Part shown: positions 48,941 to 57,771 of the stretch, piece after piece
How the letters are laid out: each line of letters starts with the position of its first letter
Numbering within the stretch: position 1 is the stretch's first letter
Assembly (NCBI GenBank): GCA_963668695.2
Contig: CAXXLQ010000004.1
Location: forward strand, 480,001 to 544,000
DNA length: 64,000 nt
Origin: Vicinamibacteria bacterium
GTDB lineage: Bacteria > Acidobacteriota > Vicinamibacteria > Marinacidobacterales > Marinacidobacteraceae
Direction of reading: 5' to 3'
Notes under the pieces: generated by a model
What the model was told of the DNA's origin: nothing
Seen by the model: the letters and a program-made list of their open reading frames with translations, nothing else
Databases searched by the model: none
Translations under genes and position numbers: made by a program

Positions 48941-50797
48941 ATGAACACTCTCGGTTTCCGATCCGGGATCGCACCCGGACGCAAGATTGCGCCCGCGCTG
49001 GCAGTTGTGGTGGGCCTCGCCGCACCTTCCTTCGCCCAGGAGAGCGCCCACCCGATCCGGGTCGGGGAGATGCGGAGCCAGGACCGCCCGGTGGTGCCCG
49101 GAGTCCACGGTCTCGTAACCGCGGGGCATCCGCTCGCGGCCATGGCGGGCATCCAGACCCTCATGAAGGGCGGGAACGCGATCGATGCCTCGGTCGCGGT
49201 ATTGGCCGTCCTGAACGTCGTCCGGCCGCAGATGGCCGGGGCCGCGGGCAACGGTTTCCTGACCTATTTCGACAAGGCGTCGGGAACGGTCCACTCCCTG
49301 AGCGCCACCGGGGCGGCCCCGAAGGCGCTTCGCGCCGAGGATCTGACCCCCGACCAGTTGAACAAGGGCATCAACGCCGGGGTGGTTCCGGGACTCTTCG
49401 GCGGCTGGATCTCGATGCTCGACCTCCACGGGACCATGAGCCTCGAAGAGGTGCTCGCGCCGGCGATCGACTACGCCAAGAACGGACATCCCATCGAGGA
49501 GTCGGTGTCACGGGCGATCGCGGCCTCGCGGGAGGCTTTCGAGCGCTTCCCGACGAGCGTCCGGATGTTCATGCCCGAGGGCCGTCCGCCCGAAACCGGC
49601 GAGCTTTACAAGATGCCCGATCTTGCCCGGACGCTCGAAAAGCTGGTCGAAGCGGAACAGGCGGCCCGGCGCGCGGGCAAGAGCCGTTCGGAGGCTCTGG
49701 GCGCCGCTTTCGATCGCTTCTACCGCGGAGACATCGCGGAGGAGATGGCCCGTTTCTACGAGGAAAACGACGGACCGTTCACGCTCGAAGACTTTGCTGC
49801 CTACGAGCCGATGTGGAAGGAGCCCCTCCACACCAACTACCGGGGCTACGACGTGTATTCCAGCCCGCCCACCTCCCGCGGCGGGCTCGAAGTGCTGATG
49901 CAGCTCAACCTGATCGAGGGCTTCGACCTCGCGGAACTCGGCCAGAATTCGCCGGAGGCGCTCCATCTGGTGATCGAGGCGATCAAGGTGGCCAAGTCGG
50001 ACATCTACCGCTACGTGGCGGACCAGGCGAAGTTCGAGGTGCCGCTGGAAGGGCTCCTCTCGAAGGGCTACGCCGAAAAGCGCCGGGCGCTCATGAACGA
50101 GCGCACCGCTATCGCCTACCCAGCCGGCGGCGTCCCACCGGGCGCGACCGCAACCGATGCCCCGCCGGGCGTCCTCTCCGCGGCCGATCCCGCCGGGAGC
50201 CGGTCCACCGCGGGCAGCACCACCAGCTTCTCCGTGGTTGACGGGGCCGGCAACGCGGTGGCGTGCACCCCGACGCACGGCGGCATGTTCGGCACCGCGG
50301 TGGTGGTCGGCAATACCGGCCTCACCTTCAACAACGGAACCCGCATCGGCTCGACGGCTCCGCATCCGGACCATCCGAACTACGCCCGCGGCGGGCAGAT
50401 TCCGATCCTGAACAACTCGCCGATCATCGTCCTCAAGGACGGCGAGCTCATGCTCGCGCTGGGGACGCCCGGGGGCGAGACCATCGGCCAGACTCAGTTC
50501 CAGGTGCTGCTGAACATCCTCGACTTCGGCCTGAAAATCCAGGAGGCGGTGGCAGCGCCCCGGCTCAGCCTCATCGCCGATCCCAACTTCTACACGCCGG
50601 GCTCCGACATCCTGGTGCGGGTGGAGAACCGCGTGATGCCGGGAGTGGTCGAGGCACTCATGGGGATGGGCCACCGGGCCGAACTCACCGGTGGTCATGC
50701 CCTCGGCAGCAACAACGGCATCCTCATCGATCTCGCGACGGGCACCATGACGGCGGGCGCCGACCCCCGCCGCGCCGCCTACGCCATCGGCTACTGA
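48941..50797 (+). CDS. ggt: Gamma-glutamyltransferase family protein
   Basis: GGNAIDA, VPG, FYRGDIA, STTSFSVVD autoproteolysis site, GTPGG, ADPRR. Confidence 0.9.
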   Translation: MNTLGFRSGIAPGRKIAPALAVVVGLAAPSFAQESAHPIRVGEMRSQDRPVVPGVHGLVTAGHPLAAMAGIQTLMKGGNAIDASVAVLAVLNVVRPQMAGAAGNGFLTYFDKASGTVHSLSATGAAPKALRAEDLTPDQLNKGINAGVVPGLFGGWISMLDLHGTMSLEEVLAPAIDYAKNGHPIEESVSRAIAASREAFERFPTSVRMFMPEGRPPETGELYKMPDLARTLEKLVEAEQAARRAGKSRSEALGAAFDRFYRGDIAEEMARFYEENDGPFTLEDFAAYEPMWKEPLHTNYRGYDVYSSPPTSRGGLEVLMQLNLIEGFDLAELGQNSPEALHLVIEAIKVAKSDIYRYVADQAKFEVPLEGLLSKGYAEKRRALMNERTAIAYPAGGVPPGATATDAPPGVLSAADPAGSRSTAGSTTSFSVVDGAGNAVACTPTHGGMFGTAVVVGNTGLTFNNGTRIGSTAPHPDHPNYARGGQIPILNNSPIIVLKDGELMLALGTPGGETIGQTQFQVLLNILDFGLKIQEAVAAPRLSLIADPNFYTPGSDILVRVENRVMPGVVEALMGMGHRAELTGGHALGSNNGILIDLATGTMTAGADPRRAAYAIGY

Positions 50798-50809
50798 TGA
50801 CACACGCCC

Positions 50810-50940
50810 GGGACCGTTCGCCAGTCCTCCCCGTGGGAGCCTTCAGACCCGCATAGCCCCCGGAGGGCCAGGAACGCCGGCCAGCTCTCCCGGTGGGGGC
50901 CTTCAGACCGGCATCGCTCCCTGGAGGGGAGCGAAACTCA
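50810..50940. repeat. Two REP-like family B units, each with a diverged micro-insertion
   Basis: GGAACGCCGG[CCAGCTCTCCCGGTGGGGG]CCTTCAGACCGGCATCG and a degenerate upstream copy. Confidence 0.7.
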
Positions 50941-50957
50941 CACCGCCACACCAGCTC

Positions 50958-51857
50958 ATGATCCGATCTCCCCACAACAAGACCCTTCTCTCAACCCTCG
51001 TCGCACTTCTCCTCGCAACCACCGCGTACCCCCAGGACTTCCCCGCCCCCGAAATGGTGGAAATCAGGGGCGGCGTCTTCTTCATGGGATCGCAGGCCGG
51101 CCCGCCCCAGGAAAAGCCGATCCACGCTGTCCAGGTCTCCGACTTCTGGATCTCGAAGTACGAGGTGACCCACGCCCAGTTCGCGGCCTTCGTCGAAGAC
51201 ACCGGCTACGTCACCGAAGCGGAAGAGTTCGGCACCGGCCGGATCCTGCTGGACGGCAGCTTCGGCTACTACCCCGGCTTTACCTGGAAGGAGCCCCACG
51301 GCCCCGGCTCGAAGGTCGAAGAGCCCGACAATTACTCCGTCGTCCAGGTGAGCTGGAACGACGGGGTGGCATACACCCGCTGGCTGAGCCGCAAGACGGG
51401 GCAGGCCTATCGCCTACCGACCGAGGCGGAATGGGAGTACGCCTGCCGCGGAGGCACCCAGACCACCTACTGGTGGGGCGACGAGTTCGATCCCACGATG
51501 CTGAACAGCTCGGTGACCTGGCGGCAGGGAGATGCCCCCTGGCCGCGGGACGAGCACACCCTGATCACCCCGGTGGACCGCTACCCGGCGAACCCCTTCG
51601 GCCTCCACGACATACTCGGCAACAACTGGGAGTGGGTCCAGGACTACGCCTCCGCCGACCACTACGCCACGGAAGTTCGCCGGCCGGAGTCTCCGGTGGT
51701 GGATCCGCAGGGCCCGGCCTCCGGCCACGAGCGCGTGCTCCGCGGCGGCGGCTGGAACGCAACCCCTTCCCGCGCGACCTGCTCCTTCCGCTTCCTCGCC
51801 GATCCGCCGGTGTACCGCAGTGATCACGTGAGCCTACGGGTGGTCCGGAACCCCTGA
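50958..51857 (+). CDS. Formylglycine-generating enzyme (SUMF1/FGE-sulfatase) family protein
   Basis: FFMGS, YEVT..QF, VQVSWND, RLPTEAEWEYACRGG, NPFGLHD.LGNNWEW, RVLRGGGW. Confidence 0.9.
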   Translation: MIRSPHNKTLLSTLVALLLATTAYPQDFPAPEMVEIRGGVFFMGSQAGPPQEKPIHAVQVSDFWISKYEVTHAQFAAFVEDTGYVTEAEEFGTGRILLDGSFGYYPGFTWKEPHGPGSKVEEPDNYSVVQVSWNDGVAYTRWLSRKTGQAYRLPTEAEWEYACRGGTQTTYWWGDEFDPTMLNSSVTWRQGDAPWPRDEHTLITPVDRYPANPFGLHDILGNNWEWVQDYASADHYATEVRRPESPVVDPQGPASGHERVLRGGGWNATPSRATCSFRFLADPPVYRSDHVSLRVVRNP

Positions 51858-51926
51858 CCCGGCGAGCAGCCACCGGGATCGCTGTCGGGCAGCCGGGTGG
51901 CGCGCCGCCTAACATCATCTGCAGGC

Positions 51927-53720
51927 ATGAGACCGCTGCACTTTCTCGAGATCGAGAACTTCAAGCGCTTCGGCGAGAAGCAACGTATCGAACTCGATCA
52001 CCCGACCGTTCTGATCGGCCCCAACAACTGCGGCAAGACCACCGCCATTCAGGCTCTGGCGCTCTGGTCCCAAGCGGTGCGCACCTGGTACGAAAACAAG
52101 GGCAAGGCACCGCCCAAGGAACGAACTTCGACTTCGATCAACCGACTCAGCATTGTTGCGGTTCCAGTCCAGCGAACGCGGTATTTCTGGGCCAACACAA
52201 ACGTCCGCCGCGGCAACCAGGACATCCATCTCGTCCTTCGGGTCGGCGTGCTCTACAACAACCGCGTCGAGCCGATAGCCATGCGCTTCCGAAACCAAGG
52301 GGACGAACTCGTCTATTGCACCCCGGACGAAACCACGCTGCAAAACCCCGAGGTCATCAAGCACGCGGCGCAACTGCGGGTCGAACTGCTCTACCCGATG
52401 TCGGGTCTCGAGACCGAAGAACCCGTCTTGCAGCCCGGTCGCATAGATGTGCTGTTGGGGCAGGGCCAAACCGCCCAAGTCCTCCGCAACCTCTGCCTGC
52501 TCGTGCAAAAGGACGCGCCACAGGACTGGGAGAGGATCACCCAACTCATGAAACGGCTGTTCGCGGTCTCATTGGGACAACCCCGACAAACGGCTCGCGG
52601 AAGCATCGATCTGAACTACCGGCAGGAAGGCGTCAGGGACCCGCTGGACATATCCCTGGCCGGACGGGGCTTCCAGCAGATGCTTCTCCTGCTCGCCTAC
52701 CTTTACTCGCACCGCGGCTGCGTGATCCTGATCGATGAGCCCGACGCCCACCTTGAGATTCTGCGCCAGAAGCAGGTGTACGTGCTGCTGCGTGAGCTAG
52801 CAGCCGAGAACGACTCCCAGGTCATCCTCGTTACGCACTCGGAAGTCCTCCTCGACGAAGCCCTTGACCACAATCTCACCCTCCTTCTCGAGGGACGGAC
52901 GGAAGATCTCACCGCGAAGCGGGACATCCGCAACGCCCTGCAGCACTACGGCACAGACTCCTATGTCCGGGCGCGTCAGTGCGGGCACGTCCTGTATGTT
53001 GAAGGAAGGACCGACCTCCAGATCCTTCGCGGGCTGGCACGCCGCCTGGACCACCCGGCGTCTGAGGTTCTGGACGAGGGGATCAACATCTACCACGTCC
53101 GCGACAACTTTCCAAGCGCAACGACGGAATCGGAAATGGCGCGAGTCGAGCGCAGCTTTGGAATGCCCCCGATGGACCACTTCTCCGCACTCCGGCCCCT
53201 GGTCCCTACCCTTCGGGGACTGGCCATCCTGGATTCGGATCGCGGCCGGAAGGAAGATCAGGATAGGGGTGGATTGCTTATCACCCACTGGCGCCGCTAT
53301 GAGGGCGAAAACTACTTTGTGACCCCGCAGCTCTTAAAGCGGTACGCGATGCGCGCCTATGAGGCCGCGACCCTCTTCAGCCAGTTCGAGCAGGAGATTC
53401 AGGACGTACTGGATGGGCTTGTCCAGGAACAGATCTTCGCCGGCAACTCCAAGGACTTTGGAACGTGGAAGGAGTTGGACGGCAATGCGGAACGAATCGT
53501 CTGGGAAGCCCGAACCGAGCGAATCAAACTGAGCACCTTCGCCGAGAACTTCTTTCGACGCCTCGCTCAGAGGGTGGGAAGTCCGATGCTGCTTCGCAAA
53601 GGGGAATTGCACCGGCTCCTGGAGCTTGTAGAACCGGAGCAGATTGACGCCGAAGTCGCAGAAAAGCTTGATCTGGTTGCCGACCTGTTGGCACCCAAGG
53701 CGGAGGGCGACGACAATTGA
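51927..53720 (+). CDS. ABC-type ATPase fused to a TOPRIM domain (OLD-family-like nuclease)
   Basis: IENFK, GPNNCGKTT, AGRGFQQ, LIDEPDAHL, VTHS, then YVEGRTD and LDSD; visibly lower GC. Confidence 0.8.
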   Translation: MRPLHFLEIENFKRFGEKQRIELDHPTVLIGPNNCGKTTAIQALALWSQAVRTWYENKGKAPPKERTSTSINRLSIVAVPVQRTRYFWANTNVRRGNQDIHLVLRVGVLYNNRVEPIAMRFRNQGDELVYCTPDETTLQNPEVIKHAAQLRVELLYPMSGLETEEPVLQPGRIDVLLGQGQTAQVLRNLCLLVQKDAPQDWERITQLMKRLFAVSLGQPRQTARGSIDLNYRQEGVRDPLDISLAGRGFQQMLLLLAYLYSHRGCVILIDEPDAHLEILRQKQVYVLLRELAAENDSQVILVTHSEVLLDEALDHNLTLLLEGRTEDLTAKRDIRNALQHYGTDSYVRARQCGHVLYVEGRTDLQILRGLARRLDHPASEVLDEGINIYHVRDNFPSATTESEMARVERSFGMPPMDHFSALRPLVPTLRGLAILDSDRGRKEDQDRGGLLITHWRRYEGENYFVTPQLLKRYAMRAYEAATLFSQFEQEIQDVLDGLVQEQIFAGNSKDFGTWKELDGNAERIVWEARTERIKLSTFAENFFRRLAQRVGSPMLLRKGELHRLLELVEPEQIDAEVAEKLDLVADLLAPKAEGDDN

Positions 53721-53941
53721 GCTGGGTCGGAGAGCTTGCCCTCCCAGTGGGTGGCGCGGGTCGCGTGTTCGGCCGCGCTTCCATCAGGGTCCGACGCTCC
53801 CGAGAATCAAGGTGAGACTGGGCATTCGCTGACGAGGTCGCTCCGCCCGCCGCCTTCCGGGAACCCCACCTTTGGAACAGCGGCGGCCGGGCGTTGCCGG
53901 GCGGTATCGTCCTGCCGGACTCTCCTCAGCCGCTGACCGCC

Positions 53942-54265
53942 ATGCCCATCCCTTCTGACCCCAAGATCCGACGAGCCCTCCTGGAACTCGCTTCCGACGG
54001 CAAGATCCACCGCCTGCTCCACGCCGTGGACTCGCTGACGAACCGTTTCGACCTGACCCCCGCCGAACGCAACGAGAAGACTCCTGCCGGCAACAAACGA
54101 TTCTACGACCGCGTCTCCTTCGCCAGTCTCGACGTGCGCCGGCACCACCTGCTCGACGCCATGGGACGCGGCCACTTTCGCATCACTCCCCGCGGCTACA
54201 CCCTCCTGAAGGAACACCCTGGCCCGTACCCCGACTCCGCCCTTCGAACCTACGGACGCAGCTGA
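53942..54265 (+). CDS. Stand-alone Mrr N-terminal winged-helix domain protein
   Basis: MPIP....LLELASDG, FDLTPAER, FYDRVSFA, RGHFRITPRG; no nuclease domain follows. Confidence 0.75.
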   Translation: MPIPSDPKIRRALLELASDGKIHRLLHAVDSLTNRFDLTPAERNEKTPAGNKRFYDRVSFASLDVRRHHLLDAMGRGHFRITPRGYTLLKEHPGPYPDSALRTYGRS

Positions 54266-54326
54266 CGCCTAAACCGGCGCTATCGCGACTTTGTGTTTCC
54301 TCCCGCGAGCGGGGCCGACTTCCACC

Positions 54327-54560
54327 TCAGAGCCTCAGGTAGCTTCCGAAATCCGGGATCGCTCCCCCCTCCACTTCGGCCGCCCACGCGGACAGCCTCT
54401 CCTTGCCGCGGGGCCAGGAATCCGCGCAACGCGTGAAGTACTCCAGCACGACCGCGGACTCGCCCTGCTGCAGGAGATCGCGGGCGAGAGCCATGTTCGG
54501 GCGTTCGACCACTGTTCCGCCGGAGAATTCGGCGGCCATCAGGACACGCTCCCGGGCCTC
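54327..54560 (-). pseudogene. Short ORF or C-terminal gene fragment
   Basis: PNMALARDLLQQGE..VVLEYF..C...W...L..W......G.IPDFG resembles a conserved C-terminal helical module; in-frame TGA just upstream. Confidence 0.45.
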
Positions 54561-54653
54561 TCATTCTTCTTCGATCCATGCGGACTACGGACCCACTCTC
54601 GCCTCGGTCCGGGACGTGGCGCGCCCGGCGGAGCCGAGCGACGCCGCGGGTGG

Positions 54654-55439
54654 TCAGCGGGCGCAGGTGAGGTGCCGTCCCCCGTCCACCGGAATCGTCA
54701 CCCCGGTACAGAAGCCCGCCTCGTCCGATAGCAGGAAGAGGGCGAGGTCGGCCACCTCTTCGGGCCTCCCGATCCGGCCGATGGGGTGGGTGGTCTTGCT
54801 GTGCTCCACGAACGCCGCGTAGCGCTCGTCGTCGAGACCGCCCGCGGTGTGGAGTTCGGTGCGGGTAACACCGGGGTTCACGGAGTTGACGCGCACTCCC
54901 TTGGCGGCGAGTTCGAGCGCCGCGCAGCGCGTCAACTGATCGAGGGCCGACTTGCTCGAGTTGTAGGCCAGCACTCCCGGGAAAGAACGGATCCCGTTGA
55001 CGCTGGAGACGTTCACGATGCTCCCCTGCCGCTCCAGCAGGTGGGGCACCGAAAGCCGCATCAGGTCGAAGACCGCCTCCACGTTCAGGGCGAACATCCG
55101 CTGCCAGGCGTCGAGCGCGGTGTTCTCGATGGTGCCGAAGGCGATCACTCCGGCGGAGTTCACGAGGTGATCGAGCCCGCCGAAACGGCTCACCGTCTCA
55201 TCGACGACCCGGGAGCGGAAGTCCGCATCCGTCACGTCCCCCGCGAGCGGCAGCGCTCCTCCGCCCGCTCCTTCGATCTCTTTGGCCAGCGCCCCCAGCC
55301 TCTCCGGCCGGCGGGCGGTAACGGTGACCATTGCCCCCTCGGCGCCGAGCGCCAGGGCGGTGGCCCGCCCGATGCCGCTGGAGGCTCCGGTCACGATGGC
55401 GACCTTGTTCTGAAAGCGGTTCTGCGCGCGATTCGGCAC
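54654..55439 (-). CDS. SDR family oxidoreductase
   Basis: TGASSGIG, NSAG, YNSSK, NPG, VDGG; AGGAG RBS before GTG. Confidence 0.92.
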   Translation of the reverse strand: MPNRAQNRFQNKVAIVTGASSGIGRATALALGAEGAMVTVTARRPERLGALAKEIEGAGGGALPLAGDVTDADFRSRVVDETVSRFGGLDHLVNSAGVIAFGTIENTALDAWQRMFALNVEAVFDLMRLSVPHLLERQGSIVNVSSVNGIRSFPGVLAYNSSKSALDQLTRCAALELAAKGVRVNSVNPGVTRTELHTAGGLDDERYAAFVEHSKTTHPIGRIGRPEEVADLALFLLSDEAGFCTGVTIPVDGGRHLTCAR

Positions 55440-55534
55440 CGTTGTTCTCCTCTCTCCGGCAGCGGCGGCTCTGCGCCGCCCGCTGGACATCCCCAAACCC
55501 CGAGCGGGAGACTATCGCCCACAGAACACGATTC

Positions 55535-56527
55535 GTGCCCGAATATCCCGACGTTGAGTTGTACCGCCGCGCAGTCGCAGCGCGGATCGTGGGCGCGCGT
55601 CTCTCCGGTTTCCGGATCGCGTCGCCACACCTGCTCGCCTCGGTCGAGCCGGCGCCCGAGGCGCTGGTCGGCCGCCACGCCACTGGGGTGCAGCGGATCG
55701 GAAAGCAGCTCGTGATGGAGTTCGAGGAGGATCTTTTCTGCGCCGTCCACCTGGCGGTGGCGGGACGGTTCCACTGGACGGAGGGTTCCGGTACCGGGAA
55801 ACCGGTGCGCCTCTCGCCCCGCGGGAATCTCGCAGTCTGGACTTTCGAGTGGACTTTCGAGTCTGGCCCGGCGGAAGGCGGACACCTCCGGCTCGTCGAG
55901 CGGAGTCCCAAGAAGCGGGCCTCCATCCGGGTCGGCCGAGGTCCGGATCAACTCATGGCGCTCGACCGCGGCGGCCTCGAAATCCCCGGTTCCACCCGGG
56001 AGGCTTTCGCGGCCCGGCTCGCGGGTTTGACCCGCACCATCAAGCGTGCACTGACCGAACCGGCCCGCTTCGCCGGGATCGGGAATGCCTATTCCGACGA
56101 GATCCTGCATCGCGCCCGCCTGTCGCCCACGAAGCGCGCCGGCAGCCTCAGCGACGAGGAGGTCGGACGGCTCCATGGGGCGGCCGAGTCCGTGCTCACC
56201 GAGTGGGCGGCGAAGCTCCAGGACGAGTGCGGGAGGGCTTTTCCCACCGGCGTCACCGCTTTCCGCGAGGGAATGGCCGTTCACGGCCGCTTCGGCCAGC
56301 CGTGCCCCGACTGCGGCTCCCCGGTGCAGCGGGTTCGACGCGCCGAGAACGAGTTCAACTACTGCGCGACCTGTCAGACCGGGGGGAAACTGCTGGCCGA
56401 TCGGGCGATGTCACGGTTGCTGCGGAAGAAGTGGCCGCGGACGCTCAAGGCGGCCGAGGAGCGCCGGCGGCGGCTGGGGGGGCCAACTTCCGAGTCACCG
56501 TCCGAGCAGGAGCCCGAATCAGCTTGA
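55535..56527 (+). CDS. Fpg/Nei-family DNA glycosylase
   Basis: N-terminal PEYPDV, RIGK, HL, GIGNAYSDEIL (H2TH), C-terminal CPDCG...YCATCQ zinc finger. Confidence 0.9.
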   Translation: MPEYPDVELYRRAVAARIVGARLSGFRIASPHLLASVEPAPEALVGRHATGVQRIGKQLVMEFEEDLFCAVHLAVAGRFHWTEGSGTGKPVRLSPRGNLAVWTFEWTFESGPAEGGHLRLVERSPKKRASIRVGRGPDQLMALDRGGLEIPGSTREAFAARLAGLTRTIKRALTEPARFAGIGNAYSDEILHRARLSPTKRAGSLSDEEVGRLHGAAESVLTEWAAKLQDECGRAFPTGVTAFREGMAVHGRFGQPCPDCGSPVQRVRRAENEFNYCATCQTGGKLLADRAMSRLLRKKWPRTLKAAEERRRRLGGPTSESPSEQEPESA

Positions 56528-56566
56528 GTAGGGCGGAATCCCCGGGAACTCAGATCCTGGGAATGG

Positions 56567-56614
56567 TTGACACTTGCACGTTCGTGCACAAACACACTAG
56601 TCTTCTGTCTAGTC
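56567..56614 (+). promoter_or_regulatory. Putative toxin-antitoxin promoter/operator
   Basis: TTGACA, palindrome TGCACG-TT-CGTGCA, -10-like TAGTCT and direct repeat CTAGTC x2 before a GGGAG RBS. Confidence 0.5.
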
Positions 56615-56632
56615 AGTAAAAGGGAGAACACC

Positions 56633-56893
56633 ATGAGCAACCGATGGCAGGTTCAGACCGCGAAGGCCCGATTCAGCGAGTTTTTGGAAAAGAGCCTGGA
56701 CGAGGGACCCCAGATCGTTACCCGGCGCGGAGTCGAGACTGCGGTGCTTGTGCCGATTGAGCAATGGCGGCGCCTCGAGCGCATGACCAAACCCGATTTG
56801 AAGCAACTGCTTCTCTCAACGGACGCTCGCACCGACTCCTTGACCCCACCTCGACGTCGATTCTCCCGGCGCCCGCCTCCGGATCTCGACTAG
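56633..56893 (+). CDS. Phd/YefM-family antitoxin
   Basis: WQVQTAKARFSE, GPQIVTRRG.ETAVLV. Confidence 0.9.
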   Translation: MSNRWQVQTAKARFSEFLEKSLDEGPQIVTRRGVETAVLVPIEQWRRLERMTKPDLKQLLLSTDARTDSLTPPRRRFSRRPPPDLD

Positions 56894-56897
56894 CCCC

Positions 56898-57308
56898 GTG
56901 TATCTCCTCGACACGAATGTCGTCTCGGAACTTCGTCGCCAAAGACCTCACCCCGCGGTCGAGGAATGGATTCGACCCATACCCGCGGAAAAACTCCTTC
57001 TCTCGGCCGTGACGGTCGGCGAAATCCAGGCCGGAATCGAGTTCACCCAGGAACAGGACCGTTCCAAAGCCAAGGAACTCGAGGTGTGGCTTGACCAGGT
57101 GATCGCCAGCTACCAGATTCTGTTCCTTGATGCTCCGGTGATGCGCGAGTGGGCTCGGCTCATGCACCGGAAATCGGACACGCTGATTCAGGATGCTTTG
57201 ATTGCCGCAACCGCCGCAGTCCACCGATTGACCGTGGTAACCCGGAATGTCCGGGATTTCGAACAGTTCGGCGTCGGGACATTCAATCCATTTCGTCATC
57301 AGGCATAG
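56898..57308 (+). CDS. vapC: VapC PIN-domain toxin
   Basis: YLLDTNVVSE, SAVTVGEI, DALIAATA, VTRNVRDF, NPF. Confidence 0.92.
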   Translation: MYLLDTNVVSELRRQRPHPAVEEWIRPIPAEKLLLSAVTVGEIQAGIEFTQEQDRSKAKELEVWLDQVIASYQILFLDAPVMREWARLMHRKSDTLIQDALIAATAAVHRLTVVTRNVRDFEQFGVGTFNPFRHQA

Positions 57309-57431
57309 CTGTCGCCCCCGCGAAGGTCAGCGGCGGCGACATCGCGGCCCTCTCAGGCCGCGATGTCGGCACCGCAGGTCGGCGTTCCCTGCCCCGGCCG
57401 CGTTTCACGCGGATCAGGACTACGCGCTCCC

Positions 57432-57508
57432 GCGCGATATCGCGACACCTACGGAAGAAGTGGCCGAGGACGCTCAAGGCGGCCGAAGAACGCCGACGGC
57501 GGGTGGGG
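57432..57508 (+). repeat. Diverged duplicate of the 3' end of the Fpg/Nei gene
   Basis: CGGAAGAAGTGGCCG.GGACGCTCAAGGCGGCCGA matches 56423-56457 (RKKWPRTLKAAEERRRR). Confidence 0.85.
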
Positions 57509-57771
57509 CTCCGAGTCCGGGCCGCCCGAGGAAAGGCCGCCGGGACTGAAACCATTCCGATTCTCGGACGGGCGTTACTCGCCCAGATTTAAACCCGGCG
57601 AGTCCCTCGGCCGCCGGCCGAACTTCGGCTAACGAGCTGCCCGCTCCTGCCCCCGGCTCGAACAGAGCTACCCAGTCGACCGCCCCGCGCGCGCCGTGGG
57701 CCAGCTCGAAGGTCGCCTTTGACAGGAGCGGAGTGTCGGCGCGCTCAAGGGCGGTTCCTCACGAGCGAGCG

